NCBI GenBank assembly: GCA_002633005.1
Contig: NMRA01000029.1
Span: 1,150,086-1,214,085, forward strand
DNA: 64,000 bases
Reading direction: 5' to 3'
From: Phoronis australis
Taxonomy: Eukaryota > Animalia > Phoronida
The translations under genes were made by a program, and so were the position numbers. Under the pieces are notes generated by a model. The model was not told where the DNA came from and ran no database searches. It was given only the letters and a program-made list of their open reading frames with translations. Shown here piece by piece: positions 23,978 through 38,069 of this stretch; within the stretch, counting starts at the first letter, position 1, and every line of letters starts with the position of its first letter.

Positions 23978-24971
23978 AGTGGCGGATCTAGGATATCACA
24001 AGGGAGGGGCAACATTTTGTCCGGCTGTAAGCATTTGCGCAAACTGAACCATGATTGTAGATGCGCATAGCACCGAATGGAGGGAGGTCGGGAGGGGGGT
24101 TTGCCTCCCTCTCGATCTGGAAATTTTTCTGTTTTTACCTCTAAAAATCAAGCATTTTCCTTGATTCCTGAGGTATTATCCAAGAAAAAGGGCAATAAAA
24201 AAAAAACAAGGAGAACGTGTCAAATAGACGGTACCTAAGACTCGAACTCACGACCTGCCGGATAGAGCGGGCGTGCGTTACCACTACACCACCACGATTT
24301 AAATACAAATTCTTACTAAAAGACCTCCTTGTTTATGGTCCACAGCGTTTGCGCGCAAAACCTACTTCTTTTTGTAATGCTTATTACACGTTTTATATTT
24401 TGCCGTGCCATAAATTCTTAACAAATTTGTCGTATTTAAAATAGTCTTCAAATGCCCAAAAGACCAAATCCGTTTTTCGTGTTGGCAATAATGACGGGAT
24501 TGCTTTGGAAATCGTCTTAAGATAAGTTTTGACAAAGACAGTATTGCGAGTTTCTGAGTGATTCACTAAGGCTTCGATTAAAGTTCACATCTTACCAGCA
24601 GCTTCTGTTTTTTCATCGTCACTCAGGTTCCATTTTCTTTAAAAAATGAAGTAATTTTCTTCATTGCACAGTGGAGCAGACGACGGAAACGGAGTCGTAG
24701 TGCGCAGCGCCACTGCCGGTCGCCTGGGATATCGCGAGAGAGCCTATACATGTACTTAGCCATAGTTCCGTTAGGAATGCGCCGTGTTCCGAATTTGACA
24801 CTTGAAATTGGATTTGAGCCACCCCCCAACACTAAAACTGCACACATTTAATTCTTTTTTCATCCGTATAATTTTAATCACCGGGGTTAATTAATAAACT
24901 CACCATTTCCCTACGCTCTGGCTGTTTTATTTTTTTTGCGGCAGCCCCTGGCCCCCCTAAATCCCCCTATG
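23978..24971. mobile_element. hAT-like non-autonomous element
   Basis: CAGTGGCGGATCTAGG left end and CCTAAATCCCCCTATG right end. Internal minus-strand start MKKITSFFK. No TSD seen. Confidence 0.5.
24228..24297 (-). mobile_element. tRNA-derived SINE head / tRNA pseudogene
   Basis: A box TGGTGTAGTGG and B box GTTCGAGTC at tRNA-like spacing. Acceptor stem does not pair. Confidence 0.6.
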
Positions 24972-26145
24972 TGTATAGACTGTCCCAAAAACGATAACAA
25001 AAAATCGATGGCTCTTATTGATTTTCGTTGACCAGCTGAATTAAACAGTCCCAGAAAGATACCTACGGATTGTTCGCTTTTATGCTGTTTTATTTTCATT
25101 TATTAGTCAATTCTGGCTTTTATACAAACCGAGAGTAAGCCCTACATCGAATTCTCAATATTATTGAAAATAAATAGGTGTCTTTTCATGCAACGTCACA
25201 AATTTAAGGACTAAGTCCCAATTTGCTTTCACTGTAAAAGGGATCAATTTTTAGACACACTAATGGAAAATATCATTAATTGTTAAATAGGAAGTCATTA
25301 TAAAGATAAAATGATTGCAAAAACATTGTGAGTTATCAGACACCAACACGCAGAAGTTTTAGTGAACTTAGCCGAGTCCCTATTTTGGGGTAGTTCCATG
25401 CAACAGGGCACTCACTGGAAGTTGAGAGAAAAGCCACAGTTGACTCTAATCGCAGACAAACGACTCAGCAGAGGCGAATCGCTTGGGGCCTCCCCGTGCT
25501 CCTCAGACTAACAAGCATTTTTCATTCAGCTGGCGGATACGGACCTGCAGCTAACCAATGCGACCTCAGATTTTGTTTGGAAAGCTCATAAAATTCCCAA
25601 GTCACCACGAAGTCACCACGCACACATCCAAGCACTCTAAATACTACAGCAAGTTAGCAGACTGAACCGTTCGTAGTTTATGAGTCATGCACACGCAACG
25701 TGTGCTGAACGACTGCTTCTGCCATGTATAGGAGGTGAATCAAGGGTTCGAGGAGGAGTTTAGTAGTCGTTACCGAGCACCAGACACTCATATATTTCGG
25801 TTCGATCAAAAATTAAAGAAAAGAAAAACGCCACCCTGGCGATCTGGAGCTGCGCCGGAAAACATTTGCTGGTTTTTCAGTTTCGATTTTTCGCTTTTTT
25901 CAAACTGTGCGTTGTTTGTAGAGAACAGAACATTTACAAACCCCACACGGGTTTCCCTCGATTTGACGACCTCAGTTCCCGTTTGGAGGCATGAGAATTT
26001 TGCCAGATCGCATTTGGTGAGTTCACGTTATGCTAAGCATCGAACCCTTCACTGCATCTTATGTTTAAATCGAACACACTGTCGACTGCAGAAAACATGG
26101 AAACAGTTCTCACGGCGTATCACGAAAATTCAGACGTGGTGGAGC

Positions 26146-26528
26146 CAGCGTTCGAAATTCATCCCCCGCCCGATGGCCAAGGCCAGTGAATTTACGGCAA
26201 GGCCAGTAACTTTCATATATAGAATGAGGAGTGGTCTCATATTCAATTAATTCAAAAAGAACTAATGACTAATTTTGTTTGCCCGTCTCACCTCTTTGAC
26301 TCCAACGAGCTCACTTTTGAAGTTTGTGGGCAATAAATCATCACCTATTGTTAATAGCGAAACAAATGAGGTTTCTCAAGCACATGCGCATTTAATGTAA
26401 ATGGAAATATTGAGATAAACAGATAGGATGTTAAAAGCAGGGCCAGCAACTTGGCAGCCGGGCCAGTAACTTTTCAGACCAACTGGTACAGCGGGCCAGC
26501 ACATTTATTTGCTAAAGTTCGAACACTC
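26146..26528. mobile_element. hAT MITE
   Basis: TIRs CAGCGTTCGAAATT / AAGTTCGAACACTC, perfect 8-bp TSD GGTGGAGC (26138-26145, 26529-26536), internal GGCCAG repeats. Confidence 0.88.
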
Positions 26529-26979
26529 GGTGGAGCTGCACAACTAGACCTATTTGTCTTCGGTGCCATGACTCGAAAATTTCTGTTTCAAGTAATGACA
26601 GCCAGCGGTGGCGCGTTTTCCCAATTCAACGCATAAAAACAACCTTTGGGATTCCAGGAATACGAAAGTAATAGTTTCTAGTAAAATCACATTATCGTAT
26701 TCATAGATTGAAAAGGTTTTGTCAACAAAATGACGCTTTTTGGACAGCGTGTACATTTACACGTACTTCCTGATACGACTTTCGCAAATTTTCAAGGGCG
26801 AGAAGAAAGCAAATTTACCTGCTAACTTATCGGCTCTCACAGATTCGACGTTTTTGTAAGTAACTGTAATCAAAAGAGAAACAGAATCTAAAGTATATAA
26901 AGTACAACATACCCCATTTCACATTGAAGAGCAATTTTGCATTCGAAAAAGACACTAATAGCGAATGACAAAACCATCT

Positions 26980-27378
26980 TTACACTCTTTCACAGTGCTG
27001 TGAAAGTAGCATTGTCGAATGTTGTTTAACATGGCTTCTCATTGGTTAAAGTAATACACATTCAGTCATTCCCATTGGTTGAAACATGGGAAAACCCTTT
27101 CAGTTTGCAGGTACCGAGTATGGCGACCACCTTTGAAATGAAAAGTTGCATTTTATTAAAACTGGCAGTGATCGAAGAAAACAAAATCGTGGGAACCCCG
27201 ATCCAGTGGCTTAAGCCCAAACAAGTACGTTGCATAAAGGCGTGGACAAGTGGTGGCAATGGGATTGGCATACTATCGAGCAAGGCATGCGCATTAATGC
27301 CCCAAACGGAATTCCGTGTGTCGTTCATCATGTTTCCACAGGGTCACTTTTCAGAATAGGTGGCGCTGTGTCAGAGGG
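26980..27378. mobile_element. piggyBac-like non-autonomous element end; second copy at ~52150-52468
   Basis: Ends ATAGGTGGCGCTGTGTCAGAGGG followed by TTAA (27379-27382). The same end and subterminal sequence recur near 52155-52468. Confidence 0.55.
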
Positions 27379-27382
27379 TTAA

Positions 27383-27574
27383 TCATCTTTCGCGTTGTTG
27401 GTCAACCGCACATCCTCCGGTGCACTTTGCCACTCGTCAACGATGCTGCGGTTATTGAATATTAAACACACATGTACATGTGTACTTATGGATCGATCTC
27501 GAGGACATGTTATATAGACCGGGGACTGTCATTGCCCTGTACTGCCATCGTCTGCTCGTTTTTACACGGTCAGG
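27383..27574 (-). pseudogene. Two apparently decayed gene B exons (N-terminal part of ZP-N-like domain)
   Basis: 27574-27490 (acceptor ttccGG, donor ATaagt, two stops; ..AVQGNDSPRSI*HVLEIDP) and 27445-27383 (IVDEWQSAPEDVRLTNNAKDD). Phases fit the kringle exon. Confidence 0.35.
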
Positions 27575-28302
27575 CCGGAAATAATAGTTTCTCGGGAGCG
27601 TGAACCAGTTCCTCACAAATTATAACACCCGAGTGGCTTCAAAAGTGATATTCTCGACTAACGTCTGATATAGAAAATGACATGGTAGTATTTTAGCGAG
27701 CCAGACACGAGAAGTACGGTCGTATGATAATACTTCGTAACATATTCGTGACAAGCCAAGGTAATTGACTTCAAGGTTATGTAAGACTCTCGAAAAATAG
27801 CAAAATTTCGCAAACTTGAGATCATCACATCTCCGACATTGTTGTTCAGATTCATATGGAACATGAGACATCATATTTCACGCACTTTTCTAAAAAAACG
27901 CTGTTGGGATTTTTTAAAGTTACGCTTTTGCATAAGAAGCTATCAAAAATAAAACTTTTGTGATTGTCATGAATGAACCCAGAACGGGCATAAAACGAAA
28001 ACAAAATGATAACTTATAAAACTGTTCAGTGTTTTGAGATTTATTTAGTCATGTTGTTGATGCTGTTAGTTTGCTATGGATATACCTTTCTTTTTTGTTA
28101 AATTTTACTAAAAAGACATGGTTAAATTTAATCACAGATTGACATAAAACCAAAAACCAAATCCTACAAACATAAACAAGTTTTAGAAAACGTATGCCTT
28201 TAACGTGAATAGGATTTTGTAGATATTTGGCGATAACCTTAAAAATCTAAGAAACAACGTAAAACTCAGGAGAAAGCGAGGCCACATTTATATAACACTT
28301 AC

Positions 28303-28590
28303 CACGACAGGCAGGAAGTTGCTTGCAGGCAACCACCTCGTAAGTTTTGTTCACGTGTTTGCTACTGACATAACAGTAAAGGCCTTTGTCGTTGCTCAAA
28401 GGATTTCGACAGTAATTGTTCGTATGGTTCAAACTGGATTCTGGGAACCAGGCTGCATCGACGGCATCCTTACCCTTTTCCTTGACCTTCATCCATTTCT
28501 CGCACGTCCTCCCGTCGATGGTGCTGGACAACGTGCCGCTGTACGCGTTCATTCTGGAGTCAACGATGCATTCCTGACCTGGTGTGTTCT
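28303..28590 (-). CDS. Gene B exon: kringle domain
   Basis: cttcag|..ECIVDSRMNAYSGTLSSTIDGRTCEKW...NYCRNPLSNDKGLYCYV...ACKQLPACR|gtaagt, phase 1-1. NYCRNP signature. Confidence 0.95.
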
Positions 28591-31500
28591 CTGAAGATAA
28601 CATTGCAATAACAACTTTTCTGCGGGCTTACCGTTAACTCAGCACGTCCCTTCTCATCAACTGATATTTCGAAAAGTTTGCCTTTTTCGAAAGGCATTGG
28701 TAAATCTCACCACACTGCAATCGAAATTTTCTGGCATTACAGGAAAGATGTTAAGAGGCAGTCTGTCAAAAAAAAGAAGAAGATTTTGAAAAATCAGTCT
28801 ACACGTCAAAATTCAAAACAACTTCATTTTTTGTACATGGATAGGTGACCTAAAATCTAAATGCCTCATTTTGTGCACTCAATGACCCCTAATTTCGTCG
28901 CGGGAACACTAGACCGCAATTGGTTATGTCAGCAGTCTCCAAATTTGTATGTTTTCAGCAACAAAAATAAATAACTTACAAAATAGATTGAAAGTTTTTC
29001 TTTGGTGGCTGGAATAACCGATGAATATTGTAAATAATTATTTGGCATTTACTCAAATTTGACGGCTTTGTACTAGAAGATAGGGGAGATATTCCACAGA
29101 CCACTTTTCATAGTTAAATTTAGTGGCCGCTTTTTTGACCCTCTTACTGCCCTATTGCACCTTGTACCTTTATGTAACTTTTTAAACATACAGCTAAAGA
29201 GTAAATCGTGATGACTGACCAAAAACATACATGTATTTTGACTCAACTTAACATTTAGTGAAAATTGTCTTGCAAATCTGTCAATTTTGGAAATAATGAT
29301 TGTAGTTTACAAATAAATTGAACGAAATTTTGAACAAGAAATCTGCTTTAAATTGTTATAAAAGTCAGGTCTAAGGCCTTTGGAGTGAAAAAAAGTTGTT
29401 TTCTGGATGGATTACGCGAAAATTTTCAAAACTGAACGCGATCACCTTTGCCTGGTTTCCCTCTTGGACGACAGCTGTTTAACAACCTCCCCCCTTCGGC
29501 AGGCACCCGGCGGCAACTGATCCCCTTGCTACAGCACAGAGTCAGACACTCGGTATTTTTACTATGAAATCCAGACCGTTGTGTTGAACTGTGTTTACCT
29601 AGTGTCTGTCATGAATTGAGTCATTAATGAAATTGTCTGTCATTAATTGCATTTTCTTGGCCATGAATGACCATTAATGATGCCACTGTCAGAAATATTC
29701 AACCTTGGGGTGGCCGGTGACCGGTGCAGAGATTAAAATTCATTGCAACCTTAGGGGACATAACAATAAGAACGCAAAATTACAATGAATTTTGATCGAG
29801 TTGAAAAAATTTTCGGACTGAACAGAGGGCCATAACCCCCTTAGGTGCCTCCCTTCCTATGCCAATGGCTCTCACAACGAAGATAAAAATCACGGGAGGC
29901 AGATTCGGCTGGTAGTCGCGCCCACAGTGTCCAAGTAAATAAAAAGCTACGCCATCTGTCACTTAGACGAAGCACGCATGCCACTCACAATTTATGCACA
30001 TAAATTTTTGTAATAAGCCATAATCATAAGTGTGATTTTTGAGAGAATGGTATTTGGCGCTACGTTCAAATGCCAAAAGGTGGTTGGCTGCGCCCACGTA
30101 CGCCAACATCCCTCTACAGCACTGTTTACGTCGTCATTACAAGCAAAGACGCTAACAAGACCACAGGCGCTCGGATTTCCAGATCACTCATAACCATATA
30201 TAAGAAACATAAAGGTTGGACACTTAAACTTTGCCAAGCCGAGGCTCCCAACTTCAACCGTCCAAAATCCAAATAAAATCTGCGTGCACCTCCCTCAGTC
30301 TGGTGTTGTATAAACCTTCGAAGCCTTATCTTTCTTAGATCTCATTAACTGTCTTCACGAGTGGTGAATTGGCGATGGAATTTCCAAAACAATCTCAAAA
30401 CTCTGAATTCAATGACCTGAAATAGTAAACATGGCGGATTTCAGTTGTGCTTCAACTTGTACGCCTGTCGTAGGTGAAACTTCGAGTTTGAGCAAGCAAC
30501 CTATATTTCAAATTCAATAACTCTAATCCAAAACTCAACTAATTGAGAATGTTAAAGTTAGTATTTTAATGACTATTTGTAACTTTATTCCACTGACGAC
30601 TCATTTTAGCCCTTAACTTAGAATTTTATTGCATAAACTGGCGTATCTTGTTTCTCATCTTGACATCACGCACTTTTCTGATTGAAGCACAACACACACT
30701 CGGCCAGGAAACGCAGTCCGTGCAAGTATTACAATGCGCGTGGCCGACGAGTTAACTCAATGGTTTTGGTCAAAAGTAAAACCTTCATAAGAAATCACAG
30801 TACACAAAAAACTTTGCATATCAATACAGTATCAGGATAATTTATATTTGACACAAATATCTGAGTAGTTACATTTATTTGGCAATGATAGTGCTCTCTG
30901 CTTCTGATGACCAAGTAGTCGAGGGATTGATGGCGCGCGAAAATAGACTTTCGGATTTAGCTCGGGAGCGTCCCTTAAAAACCCGGATGTGTGAAGACCG
31001 TCTGCCATGACATCACAGGAATGACTTCCTTGAATTTGTGATTTTGGCATTCTTTTGGCATTTTTGTCACCATATCACCACTCGAAGGCAATTAGAAGAG
31101 ACCAAATGAAAGAAGGTATTCTAAGAGTTGTTCGATGCTAGTTTCGTGGAGTTCCATGCACATTTGAGTAGAGAATTTTTAGGAAACAGATTTCGAGTGT
31201 CCAACCTTTATGTTTTCTTACATGTAGTAGTGTGTGACGTCATTTTCGATCGAGGAACAGATAAACCCAAGCTCCTGTGAACAAGACTATTCACCAAGAC
31301 CGCCGCCATTATTATGTCATGGACCGTGACGACACCTAGCGGGTGTGTGTGGGCCGACGAAGTACGCAAGGCATTGAATATGGCCGATCTTAGTTTGTCA
31401 AATTCAAAATTGTCAGTGAAGTGTCTTTGTTTAATATGTTGAAAACAAAAAAACACGAGCACTGTAATGGAAAAATACACATAGGCAAAATATAGAATAA

Positions 31501-31981
31501 ATCAAGAAAAAAATTGGGCAGCAAAGGTAATATAAATTACGAGAAATACATCATAAGCAAGAGGGAGACTCAGTAATAAGAGCTGAGCAGATGGAAGTAG
31601 GTTACTGGAGAATGGGCAGGTACTGAACCTGTTGGATTTTGTCCAGGGGGGTCAGGAATGTAATAAACATCAAATGGATCTGCTGAAGAAGAGATAGGGT
31701 TGCCCCTAAACCAAAAGGTTGGGGGCGGAGATACTTTCTTCCCCCGATATTCCAGGTGTTAATATCAATTAATTAACAATTAATTATGTAACCTTTCAAC
31801 GCATAAACTTTGTTTTAAAATAAAATTGAAAAAATTAGTAGACTCTCCTCCCCCCAACCATCAAATGTTTCCTACGCCAATGTCCAAAAACTGCCCTCTT
31901 ACGCCAGCCAAACACGGGTCCAGATCTTTCTTTCGAAAATTCACATCTTAAAGAGGTACTAGATTCAAGCAGTTGCGTCTG

Positions 31982-32400
31982 TGCCCATTTACATGAAACT
32001 GTCCCAAATAACGACCCAACAGGGTCATATCCGGGATTTTTTAAANTTTTTAAGAAAGGTGACCCAAGTCAACAATTTGAAAATTCTAGCATTGATATCA
32101 CTACAATCAAATAACATGGGGGGTTCAGACCCCTTTGACCCCCCACCCTGGATCTGCCTGTACTCAACTGAGTTGGAAAATTTTTTAGGTATTTTTTGTT
32201 ATTTGCTGACAGTTTTTATAATTTCCTATCATTTTATCTTTATTATGAGCTCCTCTTTGGACTTATGACGTTTTATAATAATATAACTAAAAACTGAGCT
32301 CTTAAATCAGTCAAAACATTTAGGGTCTTAGTCCTTAAATTAGGTGCATTGCATGAAAAGATCCCTACTTATTTTCAATCATATTGAGAATTCAACATAG
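31982..32400. mobile_element. Harbinger-like MITE family copy (relatives at 48280-48640 and ~25150-25410)
   Basis: 32230-32395 aligns with 48385-48545 (TTTATCTTTATTATGAGCTC...TAGTCCTTAAATT...TTGCATGAAAA). Confidence 0.65.
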
Positions 32401-34899
32401 AAAACTCACAAAAACGTAGCAGTTTTTGGAAACATAGTGGAGTCGTTATTTGGGACTGATTCACTCGACCCCAAGCATCCGTGCCCGATGGTATCTGAAA
32501 AGGGTAGAGAATTGGGGTGGGTTGTGGTGAATGAAATTGGAGCCAAGAAGGGTAGGGGTTCCAAACCAGCAAGAAATGGAATTCCCGCCTGAAGTCCAGT
32601 GAACCTGTCTTGTATGCCTCCATAAAACAGCCAAGCTGCCTATTGAATACGCAGTCTATTTCAGGTATTTTTACGATGCTTTCTAGCTCTCGTAAATCAT
32701 TCACGTTTTTTAAATCAACTATCAGCAGTTAGTTAAAGTCCTTGTCTCACGCGTTGTTAACCCTTATTACATGGTTAGAAGATGTTATAAGGATCCAAGA
32801 AGTACCTACCCCATAACTAATACACTATCCGTACTCGAAAACAGTTTAAATGAACGCGCCACTCACTATTCGCACCCGAAGAAACACCGCCATTTTGAAC
32901 TTGCCGCGAACCCGGAAGTACAATTCATTCAGGAACCCAGGCCGAGAAAACGCCGTCAGTGCGACTGGAGCAGTGNNNNNNNNNNNNNNNNNNNNNNNNN
33001 NNNNNNNNNNNNNNNNNNNNNNNNNNNNNNNNNNNNNNNNNNNNNNNNNNNNNNNNNNNNNNNNNNNNNNNNNNNNNNNNNNNNNNNNNNNNNNNNNNNN
33101 NNNNNNNNNNNNNNNNNNNNNNNNNNNNNNNNNNNNNNNNNNNNNNNNNNNNNNNNNNNNNNNNNNNNNNNNNNNNNNNNNNNNNNNNNNNNNNNNNNNN
33201 NNNNNNNNNNNNNNNNNNNNNNNNNNNNNNNNNNNNNNNNNNNNNNNNNNNNNNNNNNNNNNNNNNNNNNNNNNNNNNNNNNNNNNNNNNNNNNNNNNNN
33301 NNNNNNNNNNNNNNNNNNNNNNNNNNNNNNNNNNNNNNNNNNNNNNNNNNNNNNNNNNNNNNNNNNNNNNNNNNNNNNNNNNNNNNNNNNNNNNNNNNNN
33401 NNNNNNNNNNNNNNNNNNNNNNNNNNNNNNNNNNNNNNNNNNNNNNNNNNNNNNNNNNNNNNNNNNNNNNNNNNNNNNNNNNNNNNNNNNNNNNNNNNNN
33501 NNNNNNNNNNNNNNNNNNNNNNNNNNNNNNNNNNNNNNNNNNNNNNNNNNNNNNNNNNNNNNNNNNNNNNNNNNNNNNNNNNNNNNNNNNNNNNNNNNNN
33601 NNNNNNNNNNNNNNNNNNNNNNNNNNNNNNNNNNNNNNNNNNNNNNNNNNNNNNNNNNNNNNNNNNNNNNNNNNNNNNNNNNNNNNNNNNNNNNNNNNNN
33701 NNNNNNNNNNNNNNNNNNNNNNNNNNNNNNNNNTAGGTTCGACCCGCCTACGTAAGGAACTAAACACCAATGCTATTTTAACATACTAAGTACGCGTAAC
33801 ATTCCAAAAAAATCAACGACCACTAACTACAAACTATAAATACACTACATGTGCAAACGAATCACGATATATTACTAATAAAACAAAATAATGAAGACTT
33901 TTCGAGCAAGCCATAGCACAAGGAAAAAATGGCGGCGTTCAGGACAAGTTCCTGAACTGATGAGCCGGAAATGTGGGTACGGAAATAACCGATGACAACC
34001 GGTAATCATACGCTCAGAGAAAAGGGTCAAATACTGTTAAAAAATCGCTTTTGGCAAGAAAGGCGAAAAGAATATAAAGAAAGGGTGTCGAAAATAAGAA
34101 TTTATGTTGTGAGTATTTTCGGATACTAGAACCACATGGGCAGTTTGCAACAAGGACTTTAAAGGCGTATTCAGCAGGCGTCGGCAGGCCAACCTCAAAG
34201 TAAATAACATAAGCACGCCTTATTTTCTGACTTGATGTTTTAAGACCCATGTCAAAACAAAAATCTAAACAAACGACATCGCCACCGGAGTGTAACAAGT
34301 TTCCAAGGCACTACACATACTACCGAAGTGCCCACAGATTTATGGCTCAATGTGCCTTTAAAAGAACACTTCCTTCACCACTTCCTGTGGCAAATAATCA
34401 AGTAGGTTACCAAACCATAAAAGTAATATTTATTATGCACTGAAGTCCATATCATGATCATATTATATAGATTATTGATCAACGACAGCCAGGATGTTGA
34501 CTGTATGTGATCACAAGAAATAATTTAAATAAGTAATAGCAAATAAACGAAAAATAATTAGTAATAAATAATCAAAAATAGATATAATACCAATATTATG
34601 AAAAAACAATAATAAATTAGTAAATAATAGTAAATATAATTATCTTTTAGATCTGTATTAAGACTGCAGAACGAAATGAAATAAAGTAATTAGAAGCATC
34701 AATGGGCATAGAATAAACTTATCAGTAGTTCCCAAAATCATGCAAACAGTTTATGATAATTTTCTATATCAGCAATCAAATTAAGGAAACAGTAAAGACA
34801 TTAAGTTCAAATCACCCAGTTCGTCACTGAATGACTGTTTCAATCATGAACATCACCTATCTTAATCATTGAGGAAGCAAAAAAGCAGTCACGAATTTT

Positions 34900-36810
34900 C
34901 AATTAACTGTTGTTGCAGCCGTAGACAGTGCAAAAAGCACCATTGCTTTTTTGCCGCAGGAGCCGCGATATCTTGCCACATTTGTTTATTGCACGCACAC
35001 TCGATAGACGTCTCTACGGTCCATGAAACAACAATGTCCGCCAGTGACCGTCCGATGGGATTTTGCTAAGTGGACTATCTCCATATCTACAGTCTCTGAT
35101 GGTAGCACCAAAGATGCTGCAGTTACTGGCGCCATGCCTAATCCGACAGCACCACTGATAATTCCCTCTACAGTCACAGGCACAATAGGGACCGCTGGGT
35201 GCAGACTTTTCGGCATCCCCGTTTGACTTACTTTCTCATGCAAATCAACAGCTTTCTGAAATGAATGAATACAAAAACACATTTAAGGTATCTACACATA
35301 TTAACTGCCTACAACTGTCTACTTGTCCACACCTACATTTTTAACAAACAGCCTGACTCAAGACTCATCCTCTGATTTTCAGCAAATTTTTTAATCAAAG
35401 GGATTTAAAACTCTCAAGTGTGTTAAACCAAACAAATACTTAAAATACCATTTCAGATCAATAAAAGTATACATCCAAGTCAAGAAATCAAAAACAACAG
35501 AGACCGCTTTTTTATAACTATAGTATGTAGAGAGGTGAGCTTCAGGTAGCAATACAATAGATATAACAAAAGTATCAGTCATGGAGGATGAAATTGTGGT
35601 CATTATCAATTATGTCCTATTACCTCACCTAAGAGCTTTGCTAAAGCAGCGCTGTATGGTGCTCAGCAGATGGGGGTACGCCATGTATTTCACTGGGCTC
35701 ACTCATGGCGTAGCTGTGATCTATTGGCTGGAAAAGTATCATTTGCATTATAGCAAATACAACATGCAGGAAAAACATGTGACATCAGCAATATTGTCTT
35801 TGCAGCGTCACTCACTCTTTTCCATTAATGCAGCTAAGTAATCACCCTTCGTAGTAATGTTGCTTTGGAATAACGCCTGATTGATATATTTTTCAAGTAA
35901 TGACCCTTCAGACTATGGGTCCTTCAAAGTACAATGAAGGCCCATCACAGTAAACACCTAAACCCATACTAGTCTACTGGACTAAGTTAACATCACAGCA
36001 TTCCTTCTTAGAAGGTCCTCACATTTACTGTTTATCACCTATCTCTTGGATCTGGATGTATAAAGACTGAAGTGAATTGAAGAAATGAAAGAAATTACAA
36101 CTTGATTTAGAGCCAATCGTAGAATAGAAACACCAGTTATCAATAGGCCCTAAGTCACGAAACACATGCAGGACAATTTCTATAGTTTGATAGGTGGGTC
36201 CCTGACTCAAAATTCATTCTAGAACCAGTTACTACCACTGAATAACGGGTGTAATTCATTGGGAGTAACTGGATCTAAAATCAAGTACCCATCATCAAGG
36301 CCATGTATCTGATTACCACAATTTTGTTTTGAGTAATCAAATAAAACCGTGAAACTTAAAGGTAAGACAAGTTCAAATCACTCTGCCAACATCAATGGCT
36401 GACTGGCAGCATATTCACAAAAAGAATTCTTTGTATTACTCGTATATCTCACCTGTCTTTATCTGTGGGGAAGCAAAAGAAGTGCAAGTCCCGATTTTTC
36501 AACTGACTGTTGCTGCAGCGCAAAAAGCTCATCTGATCCTCTTTTTAGGGACTGCAGCCGCCATATCTTGTTTTGAAGTTACTTGACGCAGCACTACCCT
36601 CAGGAGTATTAACTATGGGAAATCTATTGAACTTTATGATCAGATAAAATATCTTGTCTCTGTGACCACTGACCATGATTATCAGCCGTATTCCTTTTTT
36701 CGCACACACCCGCTAGACGTCTTTACCGTCCATGAAACAACAATGGCCGCCAGTGGCCGTCCAATAGGATTTCGCTATAGGTGAAACGTCTCCCTCTCTA
36801 CGGTCTCTGT
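34900..36810 (-). pseudogene. Decayed multi-exon gene of unknown type with a duplicated Cys/His module, possibly transposon-borne
   Basis: AKSHRTVTGGHCCFMDRRDVYRVC (~34995-35070) and AKSYWTATGGHCCFMDGKDV*RVC (~36700-36780). A DHSY motif at 35710-35721. Confidence 0.4.
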
Positions 36811-38069
36811 TACAAGCCTACTACACGTTTCAAGAGGCTCCCTATTGGTGGTTGAGGCAACTGAGAACAGGCAAACAGGACGAAGTGCAGTTCGTGTAAT
36901 GCTTCGTGAGCAAAAACTACGGAACGGCAAGATTTTATATTTTAGATTATCAAGATATTAGAAATGCCTGAACAAAATATTATAAGGTCAGTTTTTTGAA
37001 AAAGTGCAATATGGCTGCTACAGAGTGCCAAAATTGACCAAAAAGGGTTTCAGTGAAAACCTGCAAAATAGCCGTTTTTGTCACTCAAAATGAAATATAC
37101 CAATTTAAACATGAAAGTTATGCCATTAAATTATCCGATCATAGTCCTTTACTGAAACGTATCCCTCATTTTTATCAGCTAGCTATACATGCAAGTAAAA
37201 TGCATTCAAGCATGTCTACTCCGGCGCCCAATTTTGCAAAAACGGAGGCACATGTCATAAAAAGAGAAATAATGGACGAAAATTCGTAAAAAGCGAAATT
37301 TTTTAAAATCTCACCAAACCAAACTCGTGTGCGAAGTCTAAAAAATCTGTGATATTGACCATAGACTCTACCTGTTGGTTTTTATACGGAGTCACTCTTA
37401 AACGCTGTTTATTACCAGTAGTGAGGTTGAAACTTTCCGTCCGTATCACATGGGATCTGCAGGTGGCGCTGAACGCCTGTCCCCCAAAGACCTGATCACC
37501 GTCTGGCGGTGAATTTCATTGTTAATTTAGACAACATTGTAAATGATCAATTTGATTTTATTTTTTAGAAATTAAAGATATACTGAGGACGTGGTCTAGA
37601 CGGTTATAAGTACATTTGTCCTTTCAAGAATAATTCATTTGCTATCTTCATTACCTATATTGTGTTAGACGAATAAATGGTTAAAAATACTTCAAAATAA
37701 AAAAGCAGAGAGTGAGCGTCTTTCACACTGTTAAGTTGGCTTAAAACGAAAATGGAATTATGTCTTTTACACTCATAAAATCGGTCTCTAATATTCTTCA
37801 CCGTGATAGGATTCTACACGTTTGTCAGTAACCAACACAAACATCGGCTAAATGTAAGAAAATACTTCAGAGTATGGTTGGAAATGGCCAATCTTAAAAT
37901 TGCGGTTCGAAAACGGCACATGTACGCCTTGCCTTGAAGTGCCGGTTCGTTCGGCATCTGTTCAAGATCGGACGCTTGAGATAACGTGCTGAACACCAAA
38001 GCGCTTCAGTTAACAATTTAACTTTGACAGCTAAACAACTGCGAAATGCATTATAAAAACGAGTTTTAC

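Noticed and set aside
32771-33789. Long ORFs of 276-321 aa in the ORF track (also 9097-9609)
   Set aside because: They are artefacts of translating through N-gaps.
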